Below are positions 1 to 15,029 of a stretch of DNA of 64,000 nt, piece after piece (position 1 is the stretch's first letter; each line of letters opens with the position of its first letter). The translations under genes were made by a program, and so were the position numbers. The notes beneath the pieces are model-generated. The model saw only the letters and a list, made by a program, of their open reading frames with translations. It searched no databases and was not told the DNA's origin. Origin of the DNA: Eledone cirrhosa (taxonomy: Eukaryota). The stretch is from positions 33,108,001-33,172,000 of the forward strand of contig OZ024741.1 of assembly GCA_964016885.1 (NCBI GenBank), written 5' to 3'.

Positions 1-3000
1 GAACTCGTAAAATATATAAAGCAGCACACAGACATCACGGAAAAAAATTACTACACTCCACCAACACCAAGAACTCTCCCGACAAACATAAGCATCATCG
101 AAATCTCATTAGAACAATACAAACCTTTAAAACAAAAATTCCCCAACGCAGTTGGAGACTTTAGAGGGACGGTTACCAAGAGGATATACACTGACATCCT
201 CTTGGAAACACCCATGACCAGCGAAATGGACGGTTCTACTGTCCCTTCACCACACGAACAAGGTAAGTGACCCTTTCTCATTTGCCCCGTTTCTCATCCA
301 ACATGGCTGTACTCAGAATAGGCAGTATAAATGCACGTGGCCTGGGGTCATCTTGGAAGCAGGGTCACCTGCTCAATGACCTCAGGTCACTAAACATAGA
401 TGTGGTGGCCATCAGTGAAACCAGAATCTCCGAGGCACGGGCCTTCGCACCGATCTTCGGCGGCTACGATGTATACGCATCTCCCAGCCGTCCAGGATCG
501 GGGGAGGGGTTGCCGTCCTTTTTCGGAGAGGCTTGGATCTCGCGATACGGGCCATCCTCCTGGACCCAGAAGGTCAGTCGGTGGTGCTGGACGTGACCGG
601 CAGCGAAGGCAATGCTTTCAGGCTAGTAGCCGTCTACGCCCCAACAGGGGCAGGACGGCCAGATTTCTTCAGACGTCTAGAGACCTTTACTGGAACGTCC
701 CGCTCTTTAGTGTTAGTGGGCGACTGGAACGGTATCTTGGATGCACGCTGGGATCGTGTGGGGCTAGTGGATAGGGGAGGAGGGTGCAAGAGCCTCACCA
801 ACCTGCTCAGACGTTTTGAACTGTCTGACAGGTATCGACTGGATCACCCGAATGTGCCAATGTGGACATGGACAAACCTCATCGGGTCATCCAGATCGTA
901 TCTAGATAGGGTATTCTGCAGGTAACTAGATAAGGCTAGTATAAGTTGTCCACAATTTAAAATAGTCGACTACACAGACCACAAATTTGTGATCTGTGAC
1001 ATCGACATAGACAGACTTCATAGACAAGGGCCTGGTTACTGGAAGCTGAACGCGTCTTTCCCGGCGCGCAAGGCCTACAGAGACCGGATTAGCGTATTGG
1101 TTAAGCGGGCGTTGACGGGAGCGGTCGTCAGCAACAGGTGGTGGTTCGCCCTGAAAAGGGCAATTAAAGTAGAGTCGATTAGGTTTAGCAAAGGAGTAGT
1201 GATAGAGGAAAATAGAATAGAGGGAGAACTAGTCAGAAAGATAGAAGAGGCGTTTAGGACAGGCATCGCAATCGACGTGCTTGCGGCGAGATTGACACTC
1301 GACCAATTCTTTAACGCAAAACACGAAGGCTGCGTTGTCAGAGCTAGAGGGGACAAAAGCCGTCCAATGGGCCCGGGTGGCAGAGGCGCGACGTGGCAAT
1401 AAAGCCACAATTCGGTCTTTGTCTGACCAAAACGAGTGCGTGATGCGCGATCCCGAGCGGATGTGTGAAGCTTTTCAGCAGCACTTTGCTGAACTGTTCG
1501 GGAGCGGCGGCGGCCCGGATCGGGACATGGACTTCAGTGCATACCTCGACGGATTGCCTCGGCTCTCGACGACCGCAGCACAGTGTTGCGAAAAGCCAAT
1601 AACAGCCGGTGAAATACGGGAAGCGATGGCTAACTGCACAAGAGGTAAATCGCCAGGTTTAGATGGTCTGCCCTACGAGCTTTATGCATTTATACCAGAC
1701 TTGTTCGGTGACCTCTTGGCAGACGTCTACTGCAACTGGCAGCAGAACAGGAGCATTCCCAGTTTTGTGAGCCGGGAGCAGTGGCGCTGCTGAGAAAAGA
1801 CTCGAACAAGGGGGATGTTATTGATAATTTCAGGCCCATAACTCTGCTAAACGCAGAGTTCAAGATTTTGGCCAAGGTGTTAGCAACGAGGTTGGCGCTT
1901 GTCGTCAAGGGTCTGGTGGGAGAGGCGCAGACATGCGCCATCCCGGACAGATCCATACACGACAACCTCCACCTCATGCGATACATCATAGAGAGGGTGG
2001 TTAAGGAACCTGGCAAGGGTGGGGCCCTGATCAACTTGGATCAATCCAAAGCATTCGATAGGGTCGACCATCGGTACCTGGCTGCGGTCCTCGAGGCAGC
2101 CGGTTTCGGGCCCGTTTTCAGGCGTTGGATCGCAGCAATGTACAGCGACATCTGCTCAGTTGTGAGGGTGAACAGTCACTTGTCGCAGGCGTTCAGCATC
2201 ATGCGCTCAGTCCGCCAGGGTTGTCCCCTCTCGTCTCTCTTGTACGTATTGGCTCTCGAGCCGTTACTGCACAAACTGGGGGCGATGAGGGGCGTCCCAC
2301 GCGAACTAGGATGCGGGAAATCCGAGTTGGCTTACGCTGACGACGTCACCGTGGCGGTGTCGAGCACCAGACACGTCCAGATTCTCGGCACCGCTCTCAA
2401 GGAATACGAAACGGTGACAAGAGCAAAGATAAACCAGGAAAAGTCGGTGGGCTTGCAGCTAGGCACCTGGAGAGGCAAGTCCATGCCGTCCTACAGCGTC
2501 GTGGGGCGTTGGACGGATGGACCGGTTAAATTGCTCGGGGTCTGGTTCGGACCGGACCTCCAGATGGAGAAAAACTGGAACGAGGTGACGAGCAGGGTGG
2601 CCCCCCTCACCCAGAAATGGGCTGAGAGGAAGCTGTCCCTGAAAGGCCAGGCGGAAGTGGCGAATGCGTACATCGCATCCGTCATCTGCTACCGCCTCAC
2701 CGTCGTCCCTTGCTCCAGCCCAACTCTCACCAAAATGGAACGCCTCCTCTTCCGCTTTTTGTGGAAGGGACGCGCTCCCATGGTCAGACGATCCATCTGC
2801 TGTCAACACCCGTTGCGTGGAGGACTGGACATGCCATGTCTGATGATGCGCAAACATGCGCTGAGGCTGCGACATCTCTGGTGCTTCCTTGATGGTGAAC
2901 GGGTGTGGTCGCCGTTCGCCAGGCACATTTTCCCACAGCTCGTCTCCTTGACGGAGCTGCAGTCCTGGGTCAGAAAAAGACCGAGGGATAGCGCTTGAAA

Positions 3001-4012
3001 ACTGGAATGTCTCCAGGCGCTCACTGCCCTCTCCCAGTTTGGCACCAGTATCGGTGGAACATCCACCTCGGCGTTCTATAGAGGACTAGTGGAGGGGAAG
3101 AGCGACGACGTTTTCGGAGAGATCCTGGGCGTCGAAGAAGATCAGCTGCTTGCTCTCTTCCGGAGAACTTTCAGCCCGGGGCCTATGGATAACTTCCAAA
3201 AATCCCTGGCCTGGCAGTGCTACCGAGGAGCGCTGCCGGTTCGAGATAAGCTCTACAGGCACGGAAGTGCCGTCAGCCAAGCCTGTCCGAGATGCGCGCA
3301 TAGCGACGAAACCGTTGTGCACGCACTCGTTCAGTGCCCGAGCATTGCTGACTTGTGGTGCTATGTCGAACAGTTGCTGTCACGTGTGGGACTGATCCGG
3401 TTGTCGACTGAGTCCATTGTGCAGATGGTCTCGCCGTCTTCCTTTGAGGAGGAAGGGCAGGCGGTTTTCATCTGCCTGGTGGCCATGGCGAAAGAGATTG
3501 TGTGGTGGACAAGGTTAAAAGGATTAAAGACAAACACTTTCCTCTTCGGCGAATCCCTGATTAACTTTTTCAAGTTTCACTTGAAGAGGAAAATCAGGGT
3601 GGAGAGGCAAGTGCTGCTTTCTAGCAAGTTTGTTGAATGGTGGGTAAATGTAGCGAGAATGGTCCGAGTGAACGGGACCACTCTGAATATACGTCTGTAG
3701 TTTGAGAGATGGAAAAATTGAGAGAGGGCGCTTGCCCTGGTAGTCAGGGTGGCCGTGGTCTTTTGTGTGGTTTTCGCCACGAGTAACCCTCTGAGGTTTC
3801 CCCCCTATTGGGGAATTTTTCATTGTTTCAATTTTCATTTTATAGTTTATATATATATATATGTTTTATGTCTTTTCTTTTCTTATATAAATAATAAAAA
3901 TATTTACACGCACAAAACCCACATCGTACCGTCCTGTTCTGTCTGTGATGTTTTTTTTGATGTCAGCCCTTGTGGCCAAAAAAGAAATCATTATTATTAT
4001 TATTATTATTAT
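1..4012 (+). mobile_element. Tx1/L1-clade non-LTR retrotransposon, degenerate; 5' part runs off the window
   Basis: End of an upstream ORF (TGA 268-270), ORF2 from ATG 303, 3' UTR 3701-3990, then a (TTA)n tail at 3990-4012. Confidence 0.9.
303..3700 (+). pseudogene. ORF2: APE endonuclease + reverse transcriptase + C-terminal Cys/His motif, broken by frameshifts and stops
   Basis: APE motifs INARGL, ISET, GDWN, SYLDRVF; PGYWKLN; KSPGLDGLPYE; RT motifs NFRPITLLN, LDQSKAFDRV, SVRQGCPLS, YADD; CPRC..ETVVH..C. Split over at least 6 ORF pieces. Confidence 0.92.
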
Positions 4013-5070
4013 TTCTAAAACAATAGTCAATCAATAGTTAATTAGAATCACGATTAATGAGAGAAGAATTATACCACCACCTCCACTGCCATCACCACCT
4101 CCACTGCCATCACCAACGCCAACAACAATCACAGCAAAACCAAAACATAAACTTAAATATAATAGCAATTGTCATAATGGTAATTGCAACAAAAGCAACA
4201 GAAAACAGAAAACAAAAGCAAAAGGAAAACTTCAATATAATAATAGTGAAGTCAAATAACAGCAACAACACCGTCAGCCGCAGCAACACAGTCAATGGTA
4301 ATGTATTTTACAGGCCTGCAGTAATTGAGTAATTCTAATTTCTATTTCTCCCAAGTTCGTTTACGCTGGCCAGTTATTTAAAATTACTAGATTCCATTGC
4401 GGGTCTTAAAAAGACGATAAACAATTCTACATAAGCGCCATAGATTAATAGATTTTGATTTATTTTATATTATATCGTTATAAATTAATTTTTACTTATT
4501 GTTCTTTTGTCTTGTTGCTGATGTTGTTGTTGTTGTTTCAGTTATTTCTTAAAGGTTTTATTGTTTAGCTTTTTATTAAGTGTTTTTCTTGATCTAAAGC
4601 TATCTACCATATCCACATTGCTATTTAACAAAGCGATAAATAATTATTTCGTACATAAAGCATTCAGGTCATAAATTTCGGGTGGTAAAAGGAAGGGTAA
4701 GAGGGTAATGTCGATTTAATCAACTCCATTACTTGACTGGTATTTAATTTATCCTCTGCTGTGGTGGTTGGAGGATAGAGTTTGCAAGATGGAGGATAGA
4801 AGTTGATGTTGCGAGAGAAATTTCAACACCTATGGTGTTTAAACTAGAGAACTTTCTAATATTTTCTCCAACGTACCACAGATCGATATCATCCTAACCT
4901 TTGTGTCCAGTGTCTAATGGGGTATCGCCATGACACACGGCTTTTCTTGGATATTTAAATATTGTGATGCACATCTTTCTCTCGGTTTGTCTTTAGTCAA
5001 CATCTCCCAGAGAGAGAAAGAGACAGAGAAAGATTGTGTGCATGCATATGTATGAATGTATGTGTACGTA

Positions 5071-5107
<37 letters not shown>

Positions 5108-5109
<2 letters not shown>

Positions 5110-5260
5110 ACGTGGCTTAGTGGGTAGGGGTTCAGCTGGCGATTGTAAGGTGGTAAGTTCGATTCCCGGCGGTACGCTGTGCCCTTAAGCCATACACTTT
5201 ATTTCACGTTGCACTAATCCACTCAGTTGGGAAAAAATTAGTTTTACCTATAACTCAATG
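5108..5260 (+). mobile_element. tRNA-derived SINE, family B (CORE-like body)
   Basis: A-box TGGCTTAGTGG, B-box GTTCGATTCCC, body CACTTTATTTCACGTTGC shared with the copies at 28100-28237 (-) and 59550-59690. Confidence 0.75.
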
Positions 5261-5841
5261 AGCCAGCTTTATCATTCTGAATCTTCCTCAGATTTAGGTA
5301 AAGGATACACGTGTCTGTGGAATGTTCAACCATTTACAAGTTAAATCACGAATACATTAATCCGTTGAAACACTCGACTGAAGTCGAATATCAGCGTTCT
5401 AATGACTCTGTCGACTATTAATGGGATGAAAGACTGGTTCAAGAATGAATGAACAATTTGATCTCAGACGGATGTCCGCTCAAAATTAAAAAGGATAAAA
5501 TAAATACATAAACGATTTCTAAAGTTGGCACAAGACATCTAGTTTTTTTTAAGTAAAGATTATATTGATTTCCTTTCTTAGTACATAATTGGTATTTATT
5601 TTACCAACTTTGGCAGTGCTTGAACTCGGAACATGGAACATATTGTTTGGCGTTCTACAGGATAAAGTGAAAAGTGTTGGTGGATAAGGAAATCAGGACC
5701 AGGTATGCAGATACTATTGCATCCAAATTCAGAGGACTCCCTGATGCAAACTGAGGACTTTGAGATAGAGTGGATATTGTTCAGCTCAGTAGATTTGCTT
5801 CTACTGATTCAGTATATATAAAATTAAATATATTTCTATGT

Positions 5842-5980
5842 AGGCGGCGAATTGGTAGAGTCGTTAGAATGTCGGATAGAATTATTTGCTGTATTCGTTT
5901 CTGCTCTCTGAATTCAAATCCCGCGTTTCCTCCATTCAAGTCTGATAAAAAAAAGTACCAGTCAAGTACTGGGAGTCGAT
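5842..5980 (+). mobile_element. tRNA-derived SINE, family A (Deu/Nin-like body), diverged
   Basis: Head GGCGGCGAATTGGTAGAG, B-box AATTCAAATCCCGC, GATAAAA..AAGTACCAGTC; matches the minus-strand copies downstream. Confidence 0.65.
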
Positions 5981-7126
5981 TCTTCTTCTATATCTCTTTC
6001 TAATTTTCATTTCCTCAGTCTCTCTCCTTCTCTGGCAGAAATCAGCTGTATCCAGACCTGGAGATAAGATAGGCTCCACCAGATTTAAAACTTCTCTAGG
6101 GACGCCGTATATCAATACGGCAACCCTGCGACTCATTTAGGAGTTAAGGACCATGCATCCATGTATATTTCTCTATGTATCCCTCTACTAAAGATGTTTC
6201 CAAAGCTTGTCATCCTCCCGGAGCCATTCAGGAAAGAGTTTAATGAGTATAGAGAAAAAGTGTTTGTTCTTCAAAACCTTGCGTCCATGGCTTAGCTGTA
6301 CTGTAACGACGGGGGACCATTCCAATTACAGAGAGATTCTGTTGCCGCTGTCTAACGCGGATCACCTTCATACTGTCTTTTGGTCTATTAAAGAAGATAG
6401 CAGAGTTTGTCACCGTGTTGGCTGATGTTATTTAAGTTTCAAAAGAGTGAACATGTTAAGATTTCTGGTTTAGTCACGGGCGTCCCTATCATAAAATAAA
6501 GAGCGCTGTTGTATGGGGGTACCTCAGCCGTCCGGCATGTAACACTAAATATAAAGGGATAATACTGTATAACATTGGCACAATGTCATACTTGTGGTAT
6601 GGGTAATATAATCGATTAAATCGGAGCTAGTATTTAAGAGTATGTATTTGATAGACCCCTGAAAGTACCAAAAGCTTTGTCAAGATTCTTGTAAGAATTT
6701 TAAACTCAGAAAGTAAAGAAACATAACTACAAAATACTGTATCTATTTTGCTCGTCTCTTTACTGTTTGTATCAGACTCCGTCCTCAAATTGCTAATAAT
6801 GGAAATTGTGTTGAAAGAGAACAATAGACAATTAGAAATAAGTTCTTAGTCAAATGAAACTCTGATACGTTTACATAGACTATAATACCAAGTGGTCGGG
6901 CTTCAGCCAGATGACCACCACGCCGGAGGTTGATTGACGGAGTGGCATATACACGCTCCGTACGTACAGTAGTTACTATTGCAAGCCTCGCGTCTTACTG
7001 CAGATCACCGACTTATCTCCCCGTGACACATTTCGGGTAGAACTGCCTGGACAATAAAATAATTCAATAGTAGTATATATCACAGTCTTGTAGATTGAAA
7101 AGTGAAAAGTTTCTCTGAGTGTAACA

Positions 7127-9941
7127 GACGACAGCTTCTCAAACCATAGTACAACAGTCTCCTGCCATGGTTCTCAGTATAGTATTACTTCAATACGACA
7201 GCCTCTCAAACCATAGTACAGAAGTCTCCTGCCATGGTTCTCAGTAGAGTAATACTTCAATACAACAGCTTCTCAAACCATAGTACAGAAGTCTCCTGCC
7301 ATGGTTCTCAGTAGAGTAATACTTCAATACGACAGCTTCTCAAACCATAGTACAACAGTCTCCTGCCATGGTTCTCAGTAGAGTAATACTTCAATACAAC
7401 AGCTTCTCAAACCATAGTACAGAAGTCTCCTGCCATGGTTCTCAGTATAGTAATACTTCAATACGACAGCTTCTCAAACCATAGTACAACAGTCTCCTGC
7501 CATGGTTCTCAGTAGAGTAATACTTCAATACAACAGCTTCTCAAACCATAGTACAACAGTCTCCTGCCATGGTTCTCAGTATAGTAATACTTCAATACAA
7601 CAGCTTCTCAAACCATAGTACAGAAGTCTCCTGCCATGGTTCTCAGTAGAGTAATACTTCAATACGACAGCTTCTCAAACCATAGTACAGAAGTCTCCTG
7701 CCATGGTTCTCAGTATAGTAATACTTCAATACAACAGCTTCTCAAACCATAGTACAGAAGTCTCCTGCCATGGTTCTCAGTATAGTAATACTTCAATACG
7801 ACAGCTTCTCAAACCATAGTACAGAAGTCTCCTGCCATGGTTCTCAGTATAGTAATACTTCAATACGACAGCTTCTCAAACCATAGTACAGAAGTCTCCT
7901 GCCATGGTTCTCAGTATAGTAATACTTCAATACGACAGCTTCTCAAACCATAGTACAGAAGTCTCCTGCCATGGTTCTCAGTATAGTAATACTTCAATAC
8001 GACAGCTTCTCAAACCATAGTACAGAAGTCTCCTGCCATTGTTCTCAGTAGAGTAATACTTCAATACGACAGCTTCTCAAACCATAGTACAGAGGTCTCC
8101 TGCCATGGTTCTCAGTAGAGTAATACTTCAATACAACAGCTTCTCAAACCATAGTACAACAGTCTCCTGCCATTGTTCTCAGTATAGTAATACTTCAATA
8201 CGACAGCTTCTCAAACCATAGTACAGAGGTCTCCTGCCATGGTTCTCAGTAGAGTAATACTTCAATACGACAGCTTCTCAAACCATAGTACAGAGGTCTC
8301 CTGCCATGGTTCTCAGTAGAGTAATACTTCAATACAACAGCTTCTCAAACCATAGTACAACAGTCTCCTGCCATTGTTCTCAGTATAGTAATACTTCAAT
8401 ACGACAGCTTCTCAAACCATAGTACAGAGGTCTCCTGCCATGGTTCTCAGTAGAGTAATACTTCAATACGACAGCTTCTCAAACCATAGTACAGAGGTCT
8501 CCTGCCATGGTTCTCAGTATAGTAATACTTCAATACGACAGCTTCTCAAACCATAGTACAGAAGTCTCCTGCCATGGTTCTCAGTATAGTAATACTTCAA
8601 TACGACAGCTTCTCAAACCATAGTACAGAGGTCTCCTGCCATGGTTCTCAGTAGAGTAATACTTCAATACGACAGCTTCTCAAACCATAGTACAGAAGTC
8701 TCCTGCCATGGTTCTCAGTATAGTAATACTTCAATACGACAGCTTCTCAAACCATAGTACAGAAGTCTCCTGCCATGGTTCTCAGTATAGTAATACTTCA
8801 ATACGACAGCTTCTCAAACCATAGTACAGAAGTCTCCTGCCATGGTTCTCAGTATAGTAATACTTCAATACGACAGCTTCTCAAACCATAGTACAGAAGT
8901 CTCCTGCCATGGTTCTTAGTATAGTAATACTTCAATACGACAGCTTCTCAAACCATAGTACAGAAGTCTCCTGCCATGGTTCTCAGTATAGTAATACTTC
9001 AATACGACAGCTTCTCAAACCATAGTACAGAAGTCTCCTGCCATGGTTCTCAGTATAGTAATACTTCAATACGACAGCTTCTCAAACCATAGTACAGAGG
9101 TCTCCTGCCATGGTTCTCAGTAGAGTAATACTTCAATACGACAGCTTCTCAAACCATAGTACAGAAGTCTCCTGCCATTGTTCTCAGTATAGTAATACTT
9201 CAATACGACAGCTTCTCAAACCATAGTACAGAAGTCTCCTGCCATGGTTCTCAGTATAGTAATACTTCAATACGACAGCTTCTCAAACCATAGTACAGAG
9301 GTCTCCTGCCATGGTTCTCAGTAGAGTAATACTTCAATACAACAGCTTCTCAAACCATAGTACAACAGTCTCCTGCCATTGTTCTCAGTATAGTAATACT
9401 TCAATACAACAGCTTCTCAAACCATAGTACAGAAGTCTCCTGCCATGGTTCTCAGTATAGTAATACTTCAATACAACAGCTTCTCAAACCATAGTACAGA
9501 AGTCTCCTGCCATGGTTCTCAGTCGAGTAATACTTCAATACGACAGCTTCTCAAACCATAGTACAGAAGTCTCCTGCCATGGTTCTCAGTAGAGTAATAC
9601 TTCAATACAACAGCTTCTCAAACCATAGTACAGAAGTCTCCTGCCATGGTTCTCAGTAGAGTAATACTTCAATACGACAGCTTCTCAAACCATAGTACAA
9701 CAGTCTCCTGCCATGGTTCTCAGTAGAGTAATACTTCAATACGACAGCTTCTCAAACCATAGTACAGAAGTCTCCTGCCATGGTTCTCAGTAGAGTAATA
9801 CTTCAATACGACAGCTTCTCAAACCATAGTATAGAAGTCTCCTGCCATGGTTCTCCGTAGAGTAATACTTCAATACGACAGCTTCTCAAACCATAGTACA
9901 GAAGTCTCCTGCCATGGTTCTCAGTATAGTAATACTTCAAT
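7127..9941. repeat. 67-bp tandem array, about 42 copies
   Basis: Unit ACGACAGCTTCTCAAACCATAGTACAGAAGTCTCCTGCCATGGTTCTCAGTATAGTAATACTTCAAT; period checked 8401 to 8468; variation almost confined to four sites. Confidence 0.97.
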
Positions 9942-10543
9942 AAAACAAATTTTACTAAGTTCCTACATGTATTGACAAATAGGTACTTAAGTACTTTATC
10001 TGCCTAAAATAATTAACGAATGTTTCTCTAGTGAGGAACTCAACCTTCTAATGAATAGATACATTTTGTTAAGAACTGAATATATGAACAAAATCTTACA
10101 TCGTTCCTATTTTCACCTTTATTCTTTCACTTTGTTCTGAACTATGTTGGTCTTTGATCTTCGTCTTCCAATTTCCGACATCCGTTCATTTATCGAGGAA
10201 ATCCTACTTGCTGCACAGGATCACTGCAGTGCATGTAGGAAGGATCCAAAGATTTCACCTCTAATTTATTCTTATATTCAATCATTGACTTGGCGTGAAC
10301 GGACACTGGGTGATAACGAAGTCATTTCCATCAGACAACACTTTACTTATATTCCATTCACGTTCCGTGAATCTATTCCCTTTGCTTTAAACTAACGTTT
10401 TAATCTCCATTATTGAACTGCCCATCGTATTCATTGATACTTCCTAAACGGGAAACAATAAAAGTGACTCTAAGTGGTCACACAAATGCTAGAAATAGCA
10501 CCCGAATTGTTCATTACAATGTTTCAATATTCAAATGTATTCA

Positions 10544-10650
10544 AATTTGTTAGAATCAGCTGCAAGATATACATGTTTGTGTCTGTGAGCGGAGTGAATA
10601 GGAGTGTGCGCGCAAACACATGTATATATTGCAGCTGATTCTAACAAATT
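10544..10650. repeat. Short foldback abutting (TA)n
   Basis: AATTTGTTAGAATCAGCTGCAA..TATACATG pairs with CATGTATA..TTGCAGCTGATTCTAACAAATT. Confidence 0.85.
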
Positions 10651-10728
10651 ATATATATATATATTATATATATATATATTATATATATATATATAATATA
10701 TGTGTATATATAATATATATGTATATAT

Positions 10729-10770
<42 letters not shown>

Positions 10771-10884
10771 TAAGAGGAATTCCAACTTTGTCTGATTTAC
10801 TCGTTTTATTTACAATCCTTTAAAATATATATAATGGTATTATAATGAAATAGTATGATAGAATATTAAATTCTAAGTGTTAAT

Positions 10885-10923
10885 TGAACAATTACTTTCA
10901 TGCTTTCGCAATCTTCAGGTTCA
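10885..10923 (-). ncRNA. Minimal type I hammerhead ribozyme motif
   Basis: Reverse complement: TGAAC-CTGAAGA-TTGCGAAAGCAT-GAAA-GTAA-TT-GTTCA. Confidence 0.7.
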
Positions 10924-11046
10924 TGATATGTGGTGACAGTCGAGTTTGCAATTTTCAACTGTTGAACGACAGTTGAAAACGACAGTTGAAAACGACAGTT
11001 GAAAACGACAGTTGAAAATTGCAAACTCGACTGTCACCACATATCA

Positions 11047-11085
11047 TGAACCTGAAGATTGCGAAAGCATGAAAGTACTTGTTCA
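11047..11085 (+). ncRNA. Minimal type I hammerhead ribozyme motif
   Basis: Stem I TGAAC/GTTCA; core CTGAAGA; stem II TGC-GAAA-GCA; GAAA; palindromic GTAC loop III; CUU site. Confidence 0.8.
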
Positions 11086-11252
11086 ATTAACACTTAAAAT
11101 ATTCTATCATACTATTTCATTATAATACCATTATATATATTTTAAAGGATTGTAAATAAAACGAGTAAATCAGACAAAGTTGGAATTCCTCTTATTAATA
11201 TAATCTTCTATACACAATCATACACACCCGTGTATATTTACCTATCTATATC

Positions 11253-11291
<39 letters not shown>

Positions 11292-11292
11292 G

Positions 11293-12394
<1,102 letters not shown>

Positions 12395-12554
12395 CATTAA
12401 GGATACTATTTATGGTTATGTATATACTAAAACTTTTTATAATTATATATATTTTAAACTCTAAACAGTGAAAGTCAGTAATTTCTTACTACCTTATTAC
12501 CAGTAAGATAAATAGCTCAATGTAATAACATCAGTTGTTCTACAGACCAGTTAT

Positions 12555-13985
12555 ATAGAATACACAGGAATCAAAGCTATGTTCACAGCATTTATTCGCT
12601 TACAATTTTTTCATCCAAACTGAGGCTTGGAGTCTTCGAGTCATTTTTCAATGTTTGTACACATACATGACCTCCTCTCCAACGCAAGAGACATACAGAT
12701 ACATATGTATATATTGATGTACAGTGGGGTGATATATATTATATTATTTCTGAATGGCAATTTAAGTTCAAAAACAAAATCACATTAAAACAGAATCAAA
12801 GCACAACAAAAATTAAAATACAACATCAATGCAAAATTAAAATACAATCGGCAGTTAACGTAGATAATGCAAGAGGATAGTTTGTTAGTCAGTTGTAGTA
12901 GTGATTGTATGCATTAGTTACACGTGGGGCATGCACATGTGTCTTATTTATATATGATTATTGTGCGGCAGGGTGTTACATTTAATACAAGCACTTTAGG
13001 CGGGTAATCAAGAGTATTATAGAGGTTGTAGTGGTAAGGTATTTTTTGTATATGATAAAGAAGCTTGTGTGTAGAAAAATAGTATAAATGAGAAGCAAAA
13101 TAATGTTATGATTTTTGTATACACCACCATTTACGCAGTCAGGAAACGTAATATATAGTTTATATGTCCTTCACATAATTAACGATGATTTCGTATTGGA
13201 TGTTTGATGTATTAAGTTAAATTATTATAGCTTGTTGCGGCTCTGTGTTCTTTAATCCAATTTTATAGAGCATGTTGTTTCTGTTGCGAGAATTTACATC
13301 GTTTTATTGTAAATTCTCGCAACAGAAACAACCTGCTCTATGAAATTGGATTAAAGAACACAGAGCCGCAACAAGCTATAATAATTTAACTTAATACATC
13401 AAACATCCAATACGGAATCATCGTTAATTATGTGAAGGACATAAAAACTATATATTACGTTTCCTGAATGCGAAAATGGTGGTGTATACAAAAACCATAA
13501 CATTATTTTGCTTCTTATTTATACTATTATTCTACACACAAGTTTCTTTATCATATACAAAAAATACCCTGCGGCACAATAATCATATATAAATAAGACA
13601 CACGTGCATGCCCCACGTGTAACTAATGCATACAATAACTAGTACAACTGACTAACAAACTATCCTCTTGCATTATCTACGTTAACTGCCGATTGTATTT
13701 TAATTTTGCATTGATGTTGTATTTTAATTTTTGTTGTGCTTTGATTCTGTTTTAATGTGATTTTGTTTTTGAACTTAAATTGCCATTCAGAAATAATATA
13801 ATATATATCACCCCACTGTACATCAATATATACATATGTATCTGTATGTCTCTTGCGTTGGAAAGGAGGTCATGTATGTGTACAAACATTGAAAAATGCT
13901 CCGAAGACGCCAAGCCTCGGTTTGGATGAAACAATTGTAAGCGAATAAATGCTTTGAACATAGCTTTGATTCCTGTGTATTCTCT
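12555..13985. mobile_element. Large foldback (arms ~700 bp) with hammerhead motifs near the outer ends; unique tail 12395-12555
   Basis: AGAATACACAGGAATCAAAGC... pairs with ...GCTTTGATTCCTGTGTATTCT; short central loop near 13299-13307; ~70 bp extra in the left arm. Confidence 0.9.
13898..13942 (+). ncRNA. Hammerhead motif, U4C variant (degenerate mirror at 12598-12642, -)
   Basis: GCT-CCGAAGA-CG-CCAAGC-CTCG-GTTTGG-AT-GAAA-CAATTG-TA-AGC. Confidence 0.6.
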
Positions 13986-13992
13986 ATATATA

Positions 13993-14076
<84 letters not shown>

Positions 14077-14149
14077 ATAATAATAAATTTGAAGACTATA
14101 TGTGTATATATATGTAGATATAATTATATATATATATATATATATATGG

Positions 14150-14187
<38 letters not shown>

Positions 14188-14266
14188 ATATATATATATA
14201 TGTGTGTGTATATATATGTGTATATATATGTATGTATGTGTGTGTGTGAATATATATGTATATATG

Positions 14267-14297
<31 letters not shown>

Positions 14298-14305
14298 ATA
14301 TATAC

Positions 14306-14360
<55 letters not shown>

Positions 14361-14831
14361 AATGTAAACATCCTACAAATGTTTGAATGGGTTGTTGGAT
14401 CAACTTTCGAGTCCGTTCAGTGTAACAAGGTGCAAATCAATCTATGGGGACGCATCTGCAAGATATTATTGTGTGGTGTGAGAGATTTAAAGAACATGGC
14501 ACCAGAATGTGCTGAAATAGAATATCTCGAACAGAAACGGTCGGTAGGGAATCGAATGTTTGGCAGAGAGGAATAGTAATGTGTAGTCAGGCCACCATGT
14601 TGTGCACGCACACTCATCATGTATATCTACATACATATACACACGCTCATTATGTATATATACACACACATACACACACACACATCATGTATATATACAC
14701 ACGCGTACACACATATCATACATATATACACACAAACATACATAGACACGAATCATATATATATGTATATATATATAGATATATGTGTGTGTATATATAT
14801 ATATGTAATAATCTTTTTCTCCCTATTTACT

Positions 14832-14895
<64 letters not shown>

Positions 14896-14898
<3 letters not shown>

Positions 14899-15029
14899 TT
14901 TTAATATAGATGAGATTCTACAGGACTAGAACTGTTTCATTCTTTAGAAATCATGTAGAATCTCATCTATATTAAAACTTTTATACTCTGCAATGTATTG
15001 TGGTTACCTCCGATTCAACCCGGAATAAC

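Larger units (their letters stand above)
10763..11200. mobile_element. Foldback insert (arms ~200 bp) with one hammerhead per arm, in (TA)n
   Basis: Near-perfect inverted arms starting TTAATAAGAGGAATTCCAAC and ending GTTGGAATTCCTCTTATTAA; centre is ACGACAGTTGAAA x4. Confidence 0.85.

Noticed and set aside
6000-7120. LTR retrotransposon gag or leader on the minus strand
   Set aside because: Composition is suggestive, but no LTR pair, PBS or diagnostic motif could be established.
7127-9941. CRISPR array
   Set aside because: Units are contiguous with no unique spacers, there are no cas genes, and the context is eukaryotic.
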